NCBI RefSeq assembly: GCF_051097895.1
Contig: NZ_CP142525.1
Coordinates: forward strand, 1,590,001-1,622,000
DNA: 32,000 nt
Direction of reading: 5' to 3'
Origin: Psychrobacter sp. HD31
GTDB taxonomy: Bacteria; Pseudomonadota; Gammaproteobacteria; Pseudomonadales; Moraxellaceae
Position numbers and translations under genes: made by a program. The notes under the pieces were generated by a model. The model did no database searches and was not told the DNA's origin. It worked only from the letters and a program-made list of their open reading frames with translations. Below are positions 1-8,607 of the stretch, one piece after another. Within the stretch, counting starts at the first letter, position 1. Each line of letters begins with the position of its first letter.

Positions 1-12
1 TCTAAAAATTTA

Positions 13-57
13 AGTAGAGTGCGTTCTACGCACCAGCTTACTACTCACACTATAATT
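13..57. repeat. Palindromic-arm intergenic repeat, copy A (truncated form)
   Basis: 13-35 AGTAGAGTGCGTTCTACGCACCA is 22/23 identical to the reverse complement of the right arm of copy C (1683-1705). It matches the left arms of copies B and C at 19-20 of 23 positions. It lies directly 3' of the rsmB-fragment stop, as copy C lies 3' of intact rsmB. Confidence 0.7.
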
Positions 58-63
58 TAACTA

Positions 64-300
64 TCAAACCTTCCTCAATACCGCATAATAAAAGCCATCG
101 CCACCGCTTTTGTTTAAGTCGCTATCTATTGGCAAGCATTGGCGTCCAACTGCTTGTTCAATGCCTCAATCTGCGTCAATCTTGACCTCATTGGCATCGC
201 TATGGTCTGCCAAAAACGCCAACATTTGGGTCTCGTTTTCATCTTTTAAAATAGAGCAAGTGGCAATAATTAAAACCCCGTTTGGTTTTAATTATTGCCA
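64..300 (-). pseudogene. Duplicated 3'-terminal fragment of rsmB (last ~79 codons), inactivated
   Basis: 61-300 aligns without gaps to 1718-1957 (offset 1657 bp). I counted 17 mismatches in 240 nt by hand, with an 81-nt identical block at 185-265. The minus-strand frame reads ...GRQCLPIDSDLNKSGGDGFYYAVLRKV*, but the Trp codon of the intact copy is TGA here (+ strand tca at 166-168). Homology stops at ~300, so there is no N-terminal part. Confidence 0.85.
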
Positions 301-431
301 TGACATTGGTTATAAAGTCGACTACTTGTTTTTATTAAATTTTTTCCATATAGTTAACTGGTTATTTAATGATTTAAAGCTCAGTCAAAATGGCAGAGAA
401 GCCCACGTTATGAATTAAAAAAGGAAAATTT

Positions 432-920
432 ATGAGCATTCAAGAAAACTGGCAAAAAGTTAAAAAAGTCCTTGAAGAAGGTCAAGCATCTACGATTTAT
501 TGCTCTATCGCAACGGTTAACCCCGACGGTTCGCCACATATCACGCCAGTGGGTACGGTTTTTCTTCGTGACGATTTAACCGGATATTTTTTCGATCATT
601 ATGCTGTAAAAATGGGAGAAAATATCGACTCAAATCCTAATATTTGTATCATGGCAGTTAATGCAGGTCGTATGTTTTGGTTACGCTCACTGATTAAAGG
701 CAAGTTTGTATCACATCCTGGCGTTCGGCTTTATGGTAAAGCAGGACCAGTTAGACCAGCAACAAAAGAAGAAATAAAGAAAATTGAAGACCGTGTTAAA
801 CCTACAAAATGGCTTAAAGGTGCTGGCTTGCTTTGGACTGATTTTACCCATGTAAGAGATGTAGACTTTAGTGACTATAAGCCAATTACCTACCCTGTTA
901 TGATGGATGGAATGTGGTAA
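432..920 (+). CDS. Pyridoxamine 5'-phosphate oxidase-like (FMN-binding split-barrel) family protein
   Basis: 162-aa ORF with SD-like AAGGAA 8 nt upstream of the ATG. The N-terminal pattern ...IATVNPDGSPHITPVGTVF... is typical of the PNPOx-like fold family. It lies inside the insert bracketed by the rsmB duplication. Confidence 0.65.
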   Translation: MSIQENWQKVKKVLEEGQASTIYCSIATVNPDGSPHITPVGTVFLRDDLTGYFFDHYAVKMGENIDSNPNICIMAVNAGRMFWLRSLIKGKFVSHPGVRLYGKAGPVRPATKEEIKKIEDRVKPTKWLKGAGLLWTDFTHVRDVDFSDYKPITYPVMMDGMW

Positions 921-1033
921 ACATGCTAGAGTCATAACAAGTCAGGCACTGGATGAAAATGGTAATTTCGTTTAGTTTTGCCTGTGCTTTCATTGATATA
1001 AGTATCTACTGTTTTTTGAGGCAAAACGAGTTA

Positions 1034-1106
1034 AGTAAGATGCGCTCTACGCACCATTTTATGAGGAATAGCTAAGTTATTTTGCGGTGTGTGGAACGAA
1101 TGCTAC
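1034..1106. repeat. Palindromic-arm intergenic repeat, copy B
   Basis: The left arm is AGTAAGATGCGCTCTACGCACCA (1034-1056) and the right arm is CGGTGTGTGGAACGAATGCTAC (1085-1106), an imperfect inverted repeat. The central ACGCACCATTTtATGAG...ATTaTTTTG is shared with copy C but carries an extra ~11 nt. Confidence 0.7.
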
Positions 1107-1244
1107 AAGATTTTTCGATAAGATTATCTAAGCATTTATGCCCTTATAGTAAGGTATTAGGCGCAAGAGGAGAGGGCTATCAAATTCTTAAAAATTTTGT
1201 CTCTTAAAGTTAGATTAAGAGCTTTGTCTAAACAAGAAATATGT

Positions 1245-1646
1245 ATGCCAATAGAGATATTTTCATTATCTCGAGAAATGGAAAAGCTTTACCCAGATAT
1301 TAGAGTACAAGCTATATTTGAGGAGTTTAAGAGCAATAATAGTGCTTTTGTAAGGCGTGCAATGCTTACAGTAACAAGATTTATTGGTGCAGAATTTGCA
1401 CAAGACAATGTAGATTACATTAGAGAATCAATAAAAGACCAAGACGAATGGGTTGCTTATGATGCAATTTGGTCACTATCTGAAAATAATTTGTTAACTG
1501 CCAATGACTATACAACTCTGCTAGATTATGCAGAATCATACAGCGATTTGAGTTTAGAGGAACTAGAACAAATTTCTCCAAAATCTGCTGATGAATATCG
1601 TAATAAAATTGCCGCCGAGGCACTAATAAAACTAGCTAGTAAGTAG
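1245..1646 (+). CDS. Hypothetical protein (helical-repeat-like, function unknown)
   Basis: The ORF is open from a TTG at 1197. I placed the start at the first ATG (1245), but it is uncertain because no start has a strong SD. The sequence is AT-rich. The stop TAG (1644-1646) lies inside the left arm of repeat copy C. I do not recognise a family. Confidence 0.5.
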   Translation: MPIEIFSLSREMEKLYPDIRVQAIFEEFKSNNSAFVRRAMLTVTRFIGAEFAQDNVDYIRESIKDQDEWVAYDAIWSLSENNLLTANDYTTLLDYAESYSDLSLEELEQISPKSADEYRNKIAAEALIKLASK

Positions 1647-1705
1647 AGTGTTTTCCACGCACCATTTAATGAGATTGTTTTGTGGTGAGTAGAACGCACT
1701 CTACT
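1642..1705. repeat. Palindromic-arm intergenic repeat, copy C (complete form)
   Basis: The left arm is AGTAGAGTGTTTTCCACGCACCA (1642-1664) and the right arm is TGGTGAGTAGAACGCACTCTACT (1683-1705). The arms pair at 19/23 positions, the terminal 9 nt form a perfect inverted repeat, and the loop is 18 nt. It sits between the hypothetical ORF stop and the rsmB stop. Confidence 0.8.
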
Positions 1706-1720
1706 CACTTAATCGAACTA

Positions 1721-3208
1721 TCAACCCTTCCTCAACACCGCATAATAAAAGCCATCGCCACCACTTTTATTCAAGTCACCATCTATTGGCAAACATTGGC
1801 GTCCAACTGCTTGTTCAATGCCCCAATCTGCATTAATTTTAACCTCATTGGCATCGCTATGGTCTGCCAAAAACGCCAACATTTGGGTCTCGTTTTCATC
1901 TTTTAAAATAGAGCAAGTGGCATAAATCAAAACCCCGTTTGGTTTTAATTGTTGCCATAAGTTTTGCAAAATCTGTTTTTGCAGGCTTACCGTTTGTTCT
2001 ACATCATCTTCTTGACGAAGCAAACCAATATCAGGATGGCGGCGCATAACCCCTGTTGCCGTGCATGGCGCATCTAACAAAATAACATCAAACTGCTCAG
2101 TATTTTCTGTATCTGCTTGCCAACTGGTGGCATCAGCACAAATTAGCAATGCCTCATCAGTTAGTGCTAAACGCGCTAAAGTTTGCTTACTGCGTTCTAA
2201 TCTATTTGCCTCGCTGTCAATTGCCGTGAATGTGAGTTTAGACGGCGCCTCTGAATGAATCAACTTGACCTTATCATTGCCTGTTTTATCCACCCCAATT
2301 TTTTTGGCAACAACAGGGGTGATGTCTGTTTTGTCAAACAGCTCTAAACAATGCGCCAGCTTGCCACTTGGTGCGGTGCACGCATCTAATATGTGCAAAT
2401 GATTGTTAGGGTTGTTTGCAAGCATATCCTGAGCAATGGTTTTAACCATGCTACCTGCAATACTGGCATGCGCGTCCTGTACGCTCACCATACCGGTATC
2501 AAAGTTTGGTAGGTTAGAGATAGATTGAGACTGTGTTAGGCGGATAGGGCTTATAACGGCTTCTTGATTGTCATTAAGCCCATTTAAAGCAGTTGATAAC
2601 GTAAGTATCTCATGCTCTATTTCGGTTTGTTGTAGCTTATGGGCATAATCTTGCAAGCCTGACTGGCGGGCATTGACACGCAAAAACATGGGGGCAGGCA
2701 CACGTATGCCTTTGCATAACTCGTTATATTGGTCTCGCCAATCTTGTTTTAGCTGTTTAGCAAGCCAGTTTGGTAGGCTGTGTTTTTTATCGCAGGCTTT
2801 ACGGTACTTAGCTGGGTTTTTGGCAACTTTACGTAATATGGCATTGACCAAACCTGATGCACGCTCAAAGCCCAGTTGTTTAACCGATTCTACTGTTTCA
2901 AAAATTGAGGCATGGTCAGCCGTTTCAAGATAAATGAGCTGAGTAATGCCCACTTGAATGGTGGTACGAACCTCTATTTCGTCAATGGGCTTGTCGGCAA
3001 GGCTATCTAATAAGCGGGCAGTTGCGTGCCAATGGCGCAGGCTGGTAAGCAATAGGTTATGTACAAAACCTTTGCTATTTTCTGCCACTTCTGCCAGCAA
3101 GCCATCAAGCATGTTGCTAAGTGACAACCCCTGCTGGACGTTAATCAGGGTTTTTATCACCGCTGTGCGTGAATTATCTGTGTTGGTTGGGGTGTTTGGT
3201 GTTTTCAT
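1721..3208 (-). CDS. rsmB: 16S rRNA (cytosine967-C5)-methyltransferase RsmB/Sun
   Basis: 495 aa with an N-terminal NusB-like region. SAM methyltransferase motifs are present: ILDACTAPSGK, LLDAPCTATGVMRRHPD and YATCS. It lies immediately downstream of fmt on the same strand, the classic fmt-rsmB order. Confidence 0.93.
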   Translation of the reverse strand: MKTPNTPTNTDNSRTAVIKTLINVQQGLSLSNMLDGLLAEVAENSKGFVHNLLLTSLRHWHATARLLDSLADKPIDEIEVRTTIQVGITQLIYLETADHASIFETVESVKQLGFERASGLVNAILRKVAKNPAKYRKACDKKHSLPNWLAKQLKQDWRDQYNELCKGIRVPAPMFLRVNARQSGLQDYAHKLQQTEIEHEILTLSTALNGLNDNQEAVISPIRLTQSQSISNLPNFDTGMVSVQDAHASIAGSMVKTIAQDMLANNPNNHLHILDACTAPSGKLAHCLELFDKTDITPVVAKKIGVDKTGNDKVKLIHSEAPSKLTFTAIDSEANRLERSKQTLARLALTDEALLICADATSWQADTENTEQFDVILLDAPCTATGVMRRHPDIGLLRQEDDVEQTVSLQKQILQNLWQQLKPNGVLIYATCSILKDENETQMLAFLADHSDANEVKINADWGIEQAVGRQCLPIDGDLNKSGGDGFYYAVLRKG

Positions 3209-3232
3209 ACATTAAAACTCATTTATCAAAGC

Positions 3233-4225
3233 TTACAAATCAAATTTATCGCCATCATTTAGTTTATTACCAGTACAAATTTGTTCTGCCGTTAACGCTT
3301 TACCACCTGCAAACTGTAATTTGGTTAAACGCAGGGTTGTACCTTGATCATTTGAGTCTTTACCGCAAGCGACTAAAATGGCTTTTTTACCCACGCTGAT
3401 AATCGTCCCTGCCATCTCATCTGTTGGTTGGCTCTCATTTAATGGCAGTGACTCAATCACTTTAACACGTTTGCCATTAATAAAACTAAAAGTGCTTGGG
3501 TAAGGGAACATACCACGAATTTGGCGAGCAATCTCACCTGCTGGTTTGTTCCAGTCAATTTGTCCTTCTTCTTTGCTTAACTTGTCGGCATAATTGGCAA
3601 GGTTATCATCTTGTTTTTCAGCCTTTGCTTGGTAGCTTGGCAAATCAGCCAGTACGGTTTTAACCGCAGTAGCCCCAAGTTCTGCCAGTTTGTCGTGCAG
3701 GCTAGCTGTGGTGTCTGTCTCTGCAATGTCGCAAGCCAACTTATATAGCATATCACCTGTGTCTAGCCCTTTATCCATCTGCATGATGGTAATGCCCGTT
3801 TGCGTATCGCCGGCTAAAATAGCACGGTGGATAGGTGCAGCACCTCGCCAACGAGGTAATAATGAACCATGGATATTAATACAGCCCAGTTTAGGGGTGT
3901 TTAATACGCCAACTGGCAAAATTAAACCATAGGCAGCCACAACCATAACATCCGCATTATAGTTTGCTAAAGTTTCACGTGAAACTAAGCCGCCTTCTTT
4001 GGCTTTGCTAAAGGTTTCTGGTTGTTCAACACAGATACCATGTGCTAAGGCGACCTGCTTAACGGCAGACTGTGTTACTTTTTGTCCTCGCCCTGCCTTG
4101 CGGTCTGGCTGAGTATAAACGGCAACAATGTCGATGTTTAATTCGTCTTGGCTGTCGATTAAAGCTTGCAAGCTTACCGCAGCAAACTCGGGTGTGCCTG
4201 CAAATATTAGTTTGGTTTTTGGCAT
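3233..4225 (-). CDS. fmt: Methionyl-tRNA formyltransferase
   Basis: 330 aa. It has the N-terminal IFAGTPEFA and the catalytic motif NIHGSLLPRWRGAAPI. Confidence 0.95.
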   Translation of the reverse strand: MPKTKLIFAGTPEFAAVSLQALIDSQDELNIDIVAVYTQPDRKAGRGQKVTQSAVKQVALAHGICVEQPETFSKAKEGGLVSRETLANYNADVMVVAAYGLILPVGVLNTPKLGCINIHGSLLPRWRGAAPIHRAILAGDTQTGITIMQMDKGLDTGDMLYKLACDIAETDTTASLHDKLAELGATAVKTVLADLPSYQAKAEKQDDNLANYADKLSKEEGQIDWNKPAGEIARQIRGMFPYPSTFSFINGKRVKVIESLPLNESQPTDEMAGTIISVGKKAILVACGKDSNDQGTTLRLTKLQFAGGKALTAEQICTGNKLNDGDKFDL

Positions 4226-4509
4226 ATAATGACTTAAATGATAATAAGATGGATAGATAAAAGATTTTGCTATTTTGCGTTAATAAACACATTAATTATA
4301 CAATGATACGTGCGTGGCAACCATAAACTTTGTTTATTTATATAAATGTTTGTGGTGCATTTGTGTATCTTAAAGCGGTAAGCTATTAAACTGGTGTGAT
4401 TGGTGATAAGATAGAGCCATAAGAACAGACTAAATCAAGTAGCACTTTATAAACTTATCAACCCAAAAAGTTATAAACTTAAAAGTGTGCTAAACCTACA
4501 CGGTAAATT

Positions 4510-6798
4510 ATGGCAAAGTCAAACAAAAATAAAGTTAGTAATATCTGGAACGATCCAAACGCAAAAGCAGAAGCAAGTAAATATGATAATCCAATCCCAA
4601 GCCGATTGTTGATTATGCAAACGCTTGCCGGCTTGTGTGAATCTTCCAAGCATGGCGATGCGACTAAAAACCAACTTGCTGATGCCTTTGGTATTGACAA
4701 CAAACACCATGCCGAGCAGTTTGAAGCCCTTGGCAATCGACTAAAAGCGATGACCCGTGATGGACAAGTAATGTGCCAGTACGGTAAACGTGGTAAGCCA
4801 GACTTGTTTAAAGCCATTAAAGAAGAAGATGTGGTGACCGGTGTGGTTTCTGCCCATGCCAAAGGCTTTGGTTTTGTGGTGTTAGAAGACATGCCAGACC
4901 TGTTTTTGCATGAAAAACAAATGCGCTGGGTTTTTAATGGCGATATCGTTAACGCCGTGGCAACGCTAACCGACAATAAAGGACGCACCGAGGGGCGTGT
5001 GCTTGAAGTGGTTGAACGCTCACAAGACAACTTTATTGGGACACTGCAGCAAGATGATGACGGCTATTTAGTAGCGCTGGCTAGCCCTAACTCGCACCAG
5101 CCGATTATGGTCACAGAAGAAAGCGTAAAAAATACGGGTGCCATGTTAGACCATCCCGTTAAGGTTAAAATTAGCGATTACCCAACTCAGCAAGAATTTG
5201 CTAACGGCGAGATTACCGAGGCAATGACAGATGACAACGACCGTGAAGTAATCATCGAAACCACTTTGCTTAATTACGACATCCCACATGAGTTTAGCAA
5301 AGCGGTAATGAAACAAGCCAATGGCTATGTTGAGCCAAGCAATAAAGATTTTAAAGGGCGTAAAGACATACGAGAGTTGCCATTGGTTACCATTGATGGT
5401 GAGGACTCACGTGATTTTGATGATGCCGTGTTTGCCCAAAAACGTGCTGGCGGTAATTACCGTGTGGTGGTTGCCATTGCCGATGTCAGCCACTATGTCA
5501 CACCAAACTCACCGCTTGACCACGAGGCATACGAGCGTGGTACGTCGGTGTACTTCCCGCATCATGTTGTGCCAATGTTGCCAGAGGTTTTGTCTAACGG
5601 CTTATGCTCATTAAACCCAGAGATTGATCGATTATGTATGGTTGCTGATATCAAAGTGTCTCGTGCTGGTAACGTAACAGGTTATGAGTTTTATCCTGCA
5701 GTGATGCACTCGCAGGCTCGTTTAACCTATAACCAAGTTAACGACTATTTTGACGGTAAATTGGATACAGTACCTGATAGCCTAACAGGCAATAAAGACG
5801 TTAAGAAGTCGATAGACGTATTACACCAACTTTATGGCGTGCTCACTAAAAAACGAGAAGAACGCCATGCGATGGAGTTTGAAACGCCAGAGGTGTACAT
5901 CAAATTTGCTGAAGATGGCAAAATTGATGCCATTGTGCCGCGTACTCGTGGCGATGCGCATAAGCTGATTGAAGAATGTATGCTACTTGCTAATACGGCA
6001 GCGGCAAAATTTGGTTTAGAGCATGAGCTACCTGTGCTTTACCGCAATCATGACAAACCAGATGCAACTAAGTCTATGCGTGTGCATGAATATGCGAAGA
6101 ACTTTGGTATTAGCTTCCCTGAAGAAAACCCAACACAGGCAGATTACCAACGTATCATCGAGGCAACAAAAGAACGCCCAGATGCGGTTAGTATCCACAG
6201 TATGTTGCTACGGTCTATGATGCAAGCAAATTATGCACCAACCAATATTGGGCATTTTGGTTTGGCGTATGATGAATACAGCCACTTTACCTCGCCAATC
6301 CGCCGTTACCCTGACTTAATGTTGCACCGTGCCATTAAAGCGAAAGTAACCAAAAGCAAACAACCTGTAATGGACTTTGAATTGGACGAGGCAGGTGAGC
6401 AAACCTCAGATACCGAACGCCGAGCAGAAGAAGCCAGCCGATTTGTAGAAAGCTGGTTAAAATGCCACTACATGCGGGACCATTTGGGCGATGAGTTTGT
6501 GGGTACAGTATCTGCCGTTACGAGCTTTGGCTTGTTTGTTACCTTAGATAACTTGTTTGTAGATGGGCTTATTCATATATCCAACTTGGGTAATGACTAC
6601 TTTACTTTTGATGAAAAAACCCAGCAGCTATTGGGTGACGGTGGCACACTTTACGGCTTAGGCGATAGCCTAAAAATTAAGGTGGCAGGTGTGAATATGG
6701 ACAGTTTACAGATAGATTTTGATTTGGTTGCACACTTGCAGGCAAGTGAGATGAATAAACCTAAAAAGAAGCGTAGAGCCAGAAAAAAGAAAGGTTAA
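4510..6798 (+). CDS. rnr: Ribonuclease R (VacB)
   Basis: 762 aa. It has a cold-shock-like GFGFV segment, the RNB catalytic motif DGEDSRDFDDAV, a C-terminal S1 domain and a Lys/Arg tail (KPKKKRRARKKKG). Confidence 0.95.
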   Translation: MAKSNKNKVSNIWNDPNAKAEASKYDNPIPSRLLIMQTLAGLCESSKHGDATKNQLADAFGIDNKHHAEQFEALGNRLKAMTRDGQVMCQYGKRGKPDLFKAIKEEDVVTGVVSAHAKGFGFVVLEDMPDLFLHEKQMRWVFNGDIVNAVATLTDNKGRTEGRVLEVVERSQDNFIGTLQQDDDGYLVALASPNSHQPIMVTEESVKNTGAMLDHPVKVKISDYPTQQEFANGEITEAMTDDNDREVIIETTLLNYDIPHEFSKAVMKQANGYVEPSNKDFKGRKDIRELPLVTIDGEDSRDFDDAVFAQKRAGGNYRVVVAIADVSHYVTPNSPLDHEAYERGTSVYFPHHVVPMLPEVLSNGLCSLNPEIDRLCMVADIKVSRAGNVTGYEFYPAVMHSQARLTYNQVNDYFDGKLDTVPDSLTGNKDVKKSIDVLHQLYGVLTKKREERHAMEFETPEVYIKFAEDGKIDAIVPRTRGDAHKLIEECMLLANTAAAKFGLEHELPVLYRNHDKPDATKSMRVHEYAKNFGISFPEENPTQADYQRIIEATKERPDAVSIHSMLLRSMMQANYAPTNIGHFGLAYDEYSHFTSPIRRYPDLMLHRAIKAKVTKSKQPVMDFELDEAGEQTSDTERRAEEASRFVESWLKCHYMRDHLGDEFVGTVSAVTSFGLFVTLDNLFVDGLIHISNLGNDYFTFDEKTQQLLGDGGTLYGLGDSLKIKVAGVNMDSLQIDFDLVAHLQASEMNKPKKKRRARKKKG

Positions 6799-6812
6799 AA
6801 ACCTGGCTTAAT

Positions 6813-6826
6813 GTTTCATGTGAAAC
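6813..6826. repeat. 14-bp palindrome GTTTCA-TG-TGAAAC (copy 1)
   Basis: It has 6-bp perfect arms and a 2-nt spacer. The surrounding 18-mer ATGTTTCATGTGAAACTT (6811-6828) is identical to 14214-14231. Confidence 0.8.
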
Positions 6827-6852
6827 TTAGTGTTAATGATTGGTTTAAGTTA

Positions 6853-6888
6853 AAAAGATAAGGCTAAAAGCAGTCTTATCTTTTTTTA
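6853..6888 (+). terminator. Rho-independent terminator downstream of rnr
   Basis: The stem AAAAGATAAG / CTTATCTTTT is followed by a T7 run. The loop is rather large, about 12 nt. Confidence 0.6.
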
Positions 6889-6908
6889 TTATTTATTAGT
6901 GCCTACCA

Positions 6909-6935
6909 CTTGAAAAAACATTGCATTACCTATAT
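6909..6935 (+). promoter_or_regulatory. Sigma-32 (heat-shock) type promoter for grpE
   Basis: CTTGAAA (6909-6915), then 12 nt, then ACCTATAT (6928-6935). The consensus is CTTGAAA-N13-15-CCCCATNT. It lies ~70 nt upstream of the grpE ATG. Confidence 0.6.
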
Positions 6936-7004
6936 CAATTAGTCAGTAAAAAATTTTGTAATAAATGCATAAGCAAAAATATTTGTAAAAGCACAGGAGT
7001 TACC

Positions 7005-7583
7005 ATGAGCCAACAACAAAATGGCATAGAAAACGAAAACCTTGTAGAAGAAACCCAAGATATGGCAGAAAATACAGTTGATGAAACAACAGAGGAAGCA
7101 CAAGCAGAACCTGTAGAGCTAAGTGAAACTGAACAGCTACAAGCACGCATTGCCGAGTTAGAAGGCGAAGTGCAACAAGCTAAAGAAGGGCAAGCCCGTG
7201 CCAATGCCGAGTCTTACAATGCCATTAACCGCATGGAGCAAGAAACCGACAAAGCCAAAAAGTTTGCCTTACAAAAGTTTGCCAAAGAGCTTTTAGAAGT
7301 AGTCGATAACTTTGAGCGTGCGATTGCCAGTGCCGAGCAAAGCGGTGCAGAAGGTGCGGTTTTAGAAGGGTTACAGTTAACCCATAAGTCTTTGATATCT
7401 GTATTAACTAAAAATGGCTTAGAAGTGGTTGACCCATTGGGCGAGAAGTTTAACCCAGATTTTCATGAAGCGGTAGGCATCTTCCCAGATGCAGAGCCAG
7501 ATATGGTAGGCGTGGTACTACAAAAAGGTTATACACTGCATGGGCGCTCTATCCGCCCTGCAATGGTACAAGTTGGGGCTTAA
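7005..7583 (+). CDS. grpE: Nucleotide exchange factor GrpE
   Basis: The start is set at the ATG at 7005, with AGGAG at 6995-6999; the ORF-track start at 6921 is unlikely. It has an acidic N-terminus, a long coiled helix, and the C-terminal FNPDFHEAV...GYTLHGRSIRPAMV typical of GrpE. Confidence 0.93.
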   Translation: MSQQQNGIENENLVEETQDMAENTVDETTEEAQAEPVELSETEQLQARIAELEGEVQQAKEGQARANAESYNAINRMEQETDKAKKFALQKFAKELLEVVDNFERAIASAEQSGAEGAVLEGLQLTHKSLISVLTKNGLEVVDPLGEKFNPDFHEAVGIFPDAEPDMVGVVLQKGYTLHGRSIRPAMVQVGA

Positions 7584-7621
7584 TGTTAAATTACACCCTT
7601 GTTTAAAGTTTTTGATATGAT

Positions 7622-7652
7622 AAAAAGCCAGATTTAAAGTCTGGCTTTTTAT
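7622..7652 (+). terminator. Rho-independent terminator after grpE
   Basis: AAAAAGCCAGA-loop-TCTGGCTTTTT followed by a T-rich tail. Confidence 0.85.
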
Positions 7653-7678
7653 TTGGTTGGCGTGATAAAGGGTATCTA

Positions 7679-8296
7679 ATGCAAGTAGAACAAAAAATAA
7701 GTGAGATTGAAGTAGATAAAGAGATAGCCAGCTTATTTGAGCCGTTACTAGGTGATACTGAACATTTAATTTGGACAGGTCAGCCAAAGCAGGGTTTTGT
7801 TTTACGATTGTCAGATTTATTATTTTTCCCTTTAATGATTTTTATATTTATTTTTGCAGCGTTTTTATTATACATTTCTGTTAGTACAACGGATGGTATG
7901 GCAGTTACAGCGATATTTTTTCTATTTTTGTCAATCTCGATATTATATTCTAGATTAGTGGGTGATATTAAACGTAGAAAACAAACATATTATGTTCTGA
8001 GTAATCATCGAGTATTTATTCGTCAAGACTATCCGAAAGAGTTGCCTATAATAATTAGATATGAAGATTTACAAAGATTGGATCTAGTACAACAAGGTTC
8101 GGGATACGGTAAGATTTTATTAGATTATGTTGGTAAAGGGAGTCGTTTTTTAGCAAGCAGATATAATCAAGATGCTGCTTATCAAGCAATGGGTGCAAAA
8201 CGGCTTGAAGAAACGCCTGCATTCAAAGATATTGAAAACGCTCAAAAAGTTTATGACATTATTAAAACTTATAAAAATCAAATTAGTCGAAATTAA
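7679..8296 (+). CDS. Membrane protein with two TM helices and a bacterial PH-like (YdbS/YdbT-type) C-terminal domain
   Basis: 205 aa with two hydrophobic helices (LLFFPLMIFIFIFAAFLLYI and AVTAIFFLFLSISILY) followed by RRKQTYYVLSNHRVFI, as in bPH/DUF304-type proteins. The gene is visibly AT-rich and sits between the grpE terminator and the dnaK promoter. Confidence 0.55.
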   Translation: MQVEQKISEIEVDKEIASLFEPLLGDTEHLIWTGQPKQGFVLRLSDLLFFPLMIFIFIFAAFLLYISVSTTDGMAVTAIFFLFLSISILYSRLVGDIKRRKQTYYVLSNHRVFIRQDYPKELPIIIRYEDLQRLDLVQQGSGYGKILLDYVGKGSRFLASRYNQDAAYQAMGAKRLEETPAFKDIENAQKVYDIIKTYKNQISRN

Positions 8297-8460
8297 TTTT
8301 AAGAACCTAGGCTAAACATTCGGTACTACTCATAATAAAACATGGCTATTAGTCTTAGTGTAAGGCATTTAAAAAAGCCGTGAGACGAACAAGCAAAACC
8401 AGAAAAAATCCACTCATCCACACTTTTTGCCTATTTTTTTAACATTTTTTTCATATAAAA

Positions 8461-8489
8461 CTTGAAAACCAAACCCATAAAACCGATAT
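8461..8489 (+). promoter_or_regulatory. Sigma-32 (heat-shock) type promoter for dnaK
   Basis: CTTGAAA (8461-8467), then 14 nt, then ACCGATAT (8482-8489). The -10-like octamer follows the same pattern as at grpE. It lies ~120 nt upstream of the dnaK ATG. Confidence 0.6.
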
Positions 8490-8607
8490 AGGTATCATGC
8501 AAGCACAACGTCTAAGCAACATTCAATCATCATCGTATTGAATCGCCATAGACCTCTTGTTCTAACTTTTAAACCTAACAAATTTTAAAACAATTGGAGT
8601 ATTTATT

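Noticed and set aside
110-418. 102-aa ORF on the plus strand at the left edge
   Set aside because: It lies antisense to the duplicated rsmB tail (64-300), so most of its length is a by-product of that homology. It has no SD and no recognisable features. I treat it as a shadow ORF.
13-1705. Reading the three structured repeats as integron attC sites (gene cassettes) or as a CRISPR array
   Set aside because: The elements lack the RYYYAAC ... GTTRRRY boundary boxes in the required positions; only copy B has a GTTAAGT, and it is at the wrong end. No intI or attI is in the window. Spacing of about 1000 bp and 600 bp, with protein-coding content between copies, is incompatible with CRISPR.
4479-5030. 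183-aa minus-strand ORF overlapping the rnr 5' region, together with similar antisense ORFs inside known genes (examples at 10674-11087, 16360-16746, 21592-21915, 25450-25809 and 31330-31713)
   Set aside because: All lie fully inside well-supported conserved genes on the opposite strand or in another frame. Their low-complexity, Ser/Cys/Ala-rich composition is typical of shadow ORFs.
8521-8543. Small hairpin (ATTCAAT-N9-ATTGAAT) in the dnaK 5' leader as a possible RNA thermometer
   Set aside because: The stem is 7 bp and AT-rich, lies ~65 nt from the SD, and does not occlude the ribosome-binding site. The evidence is insufficient.
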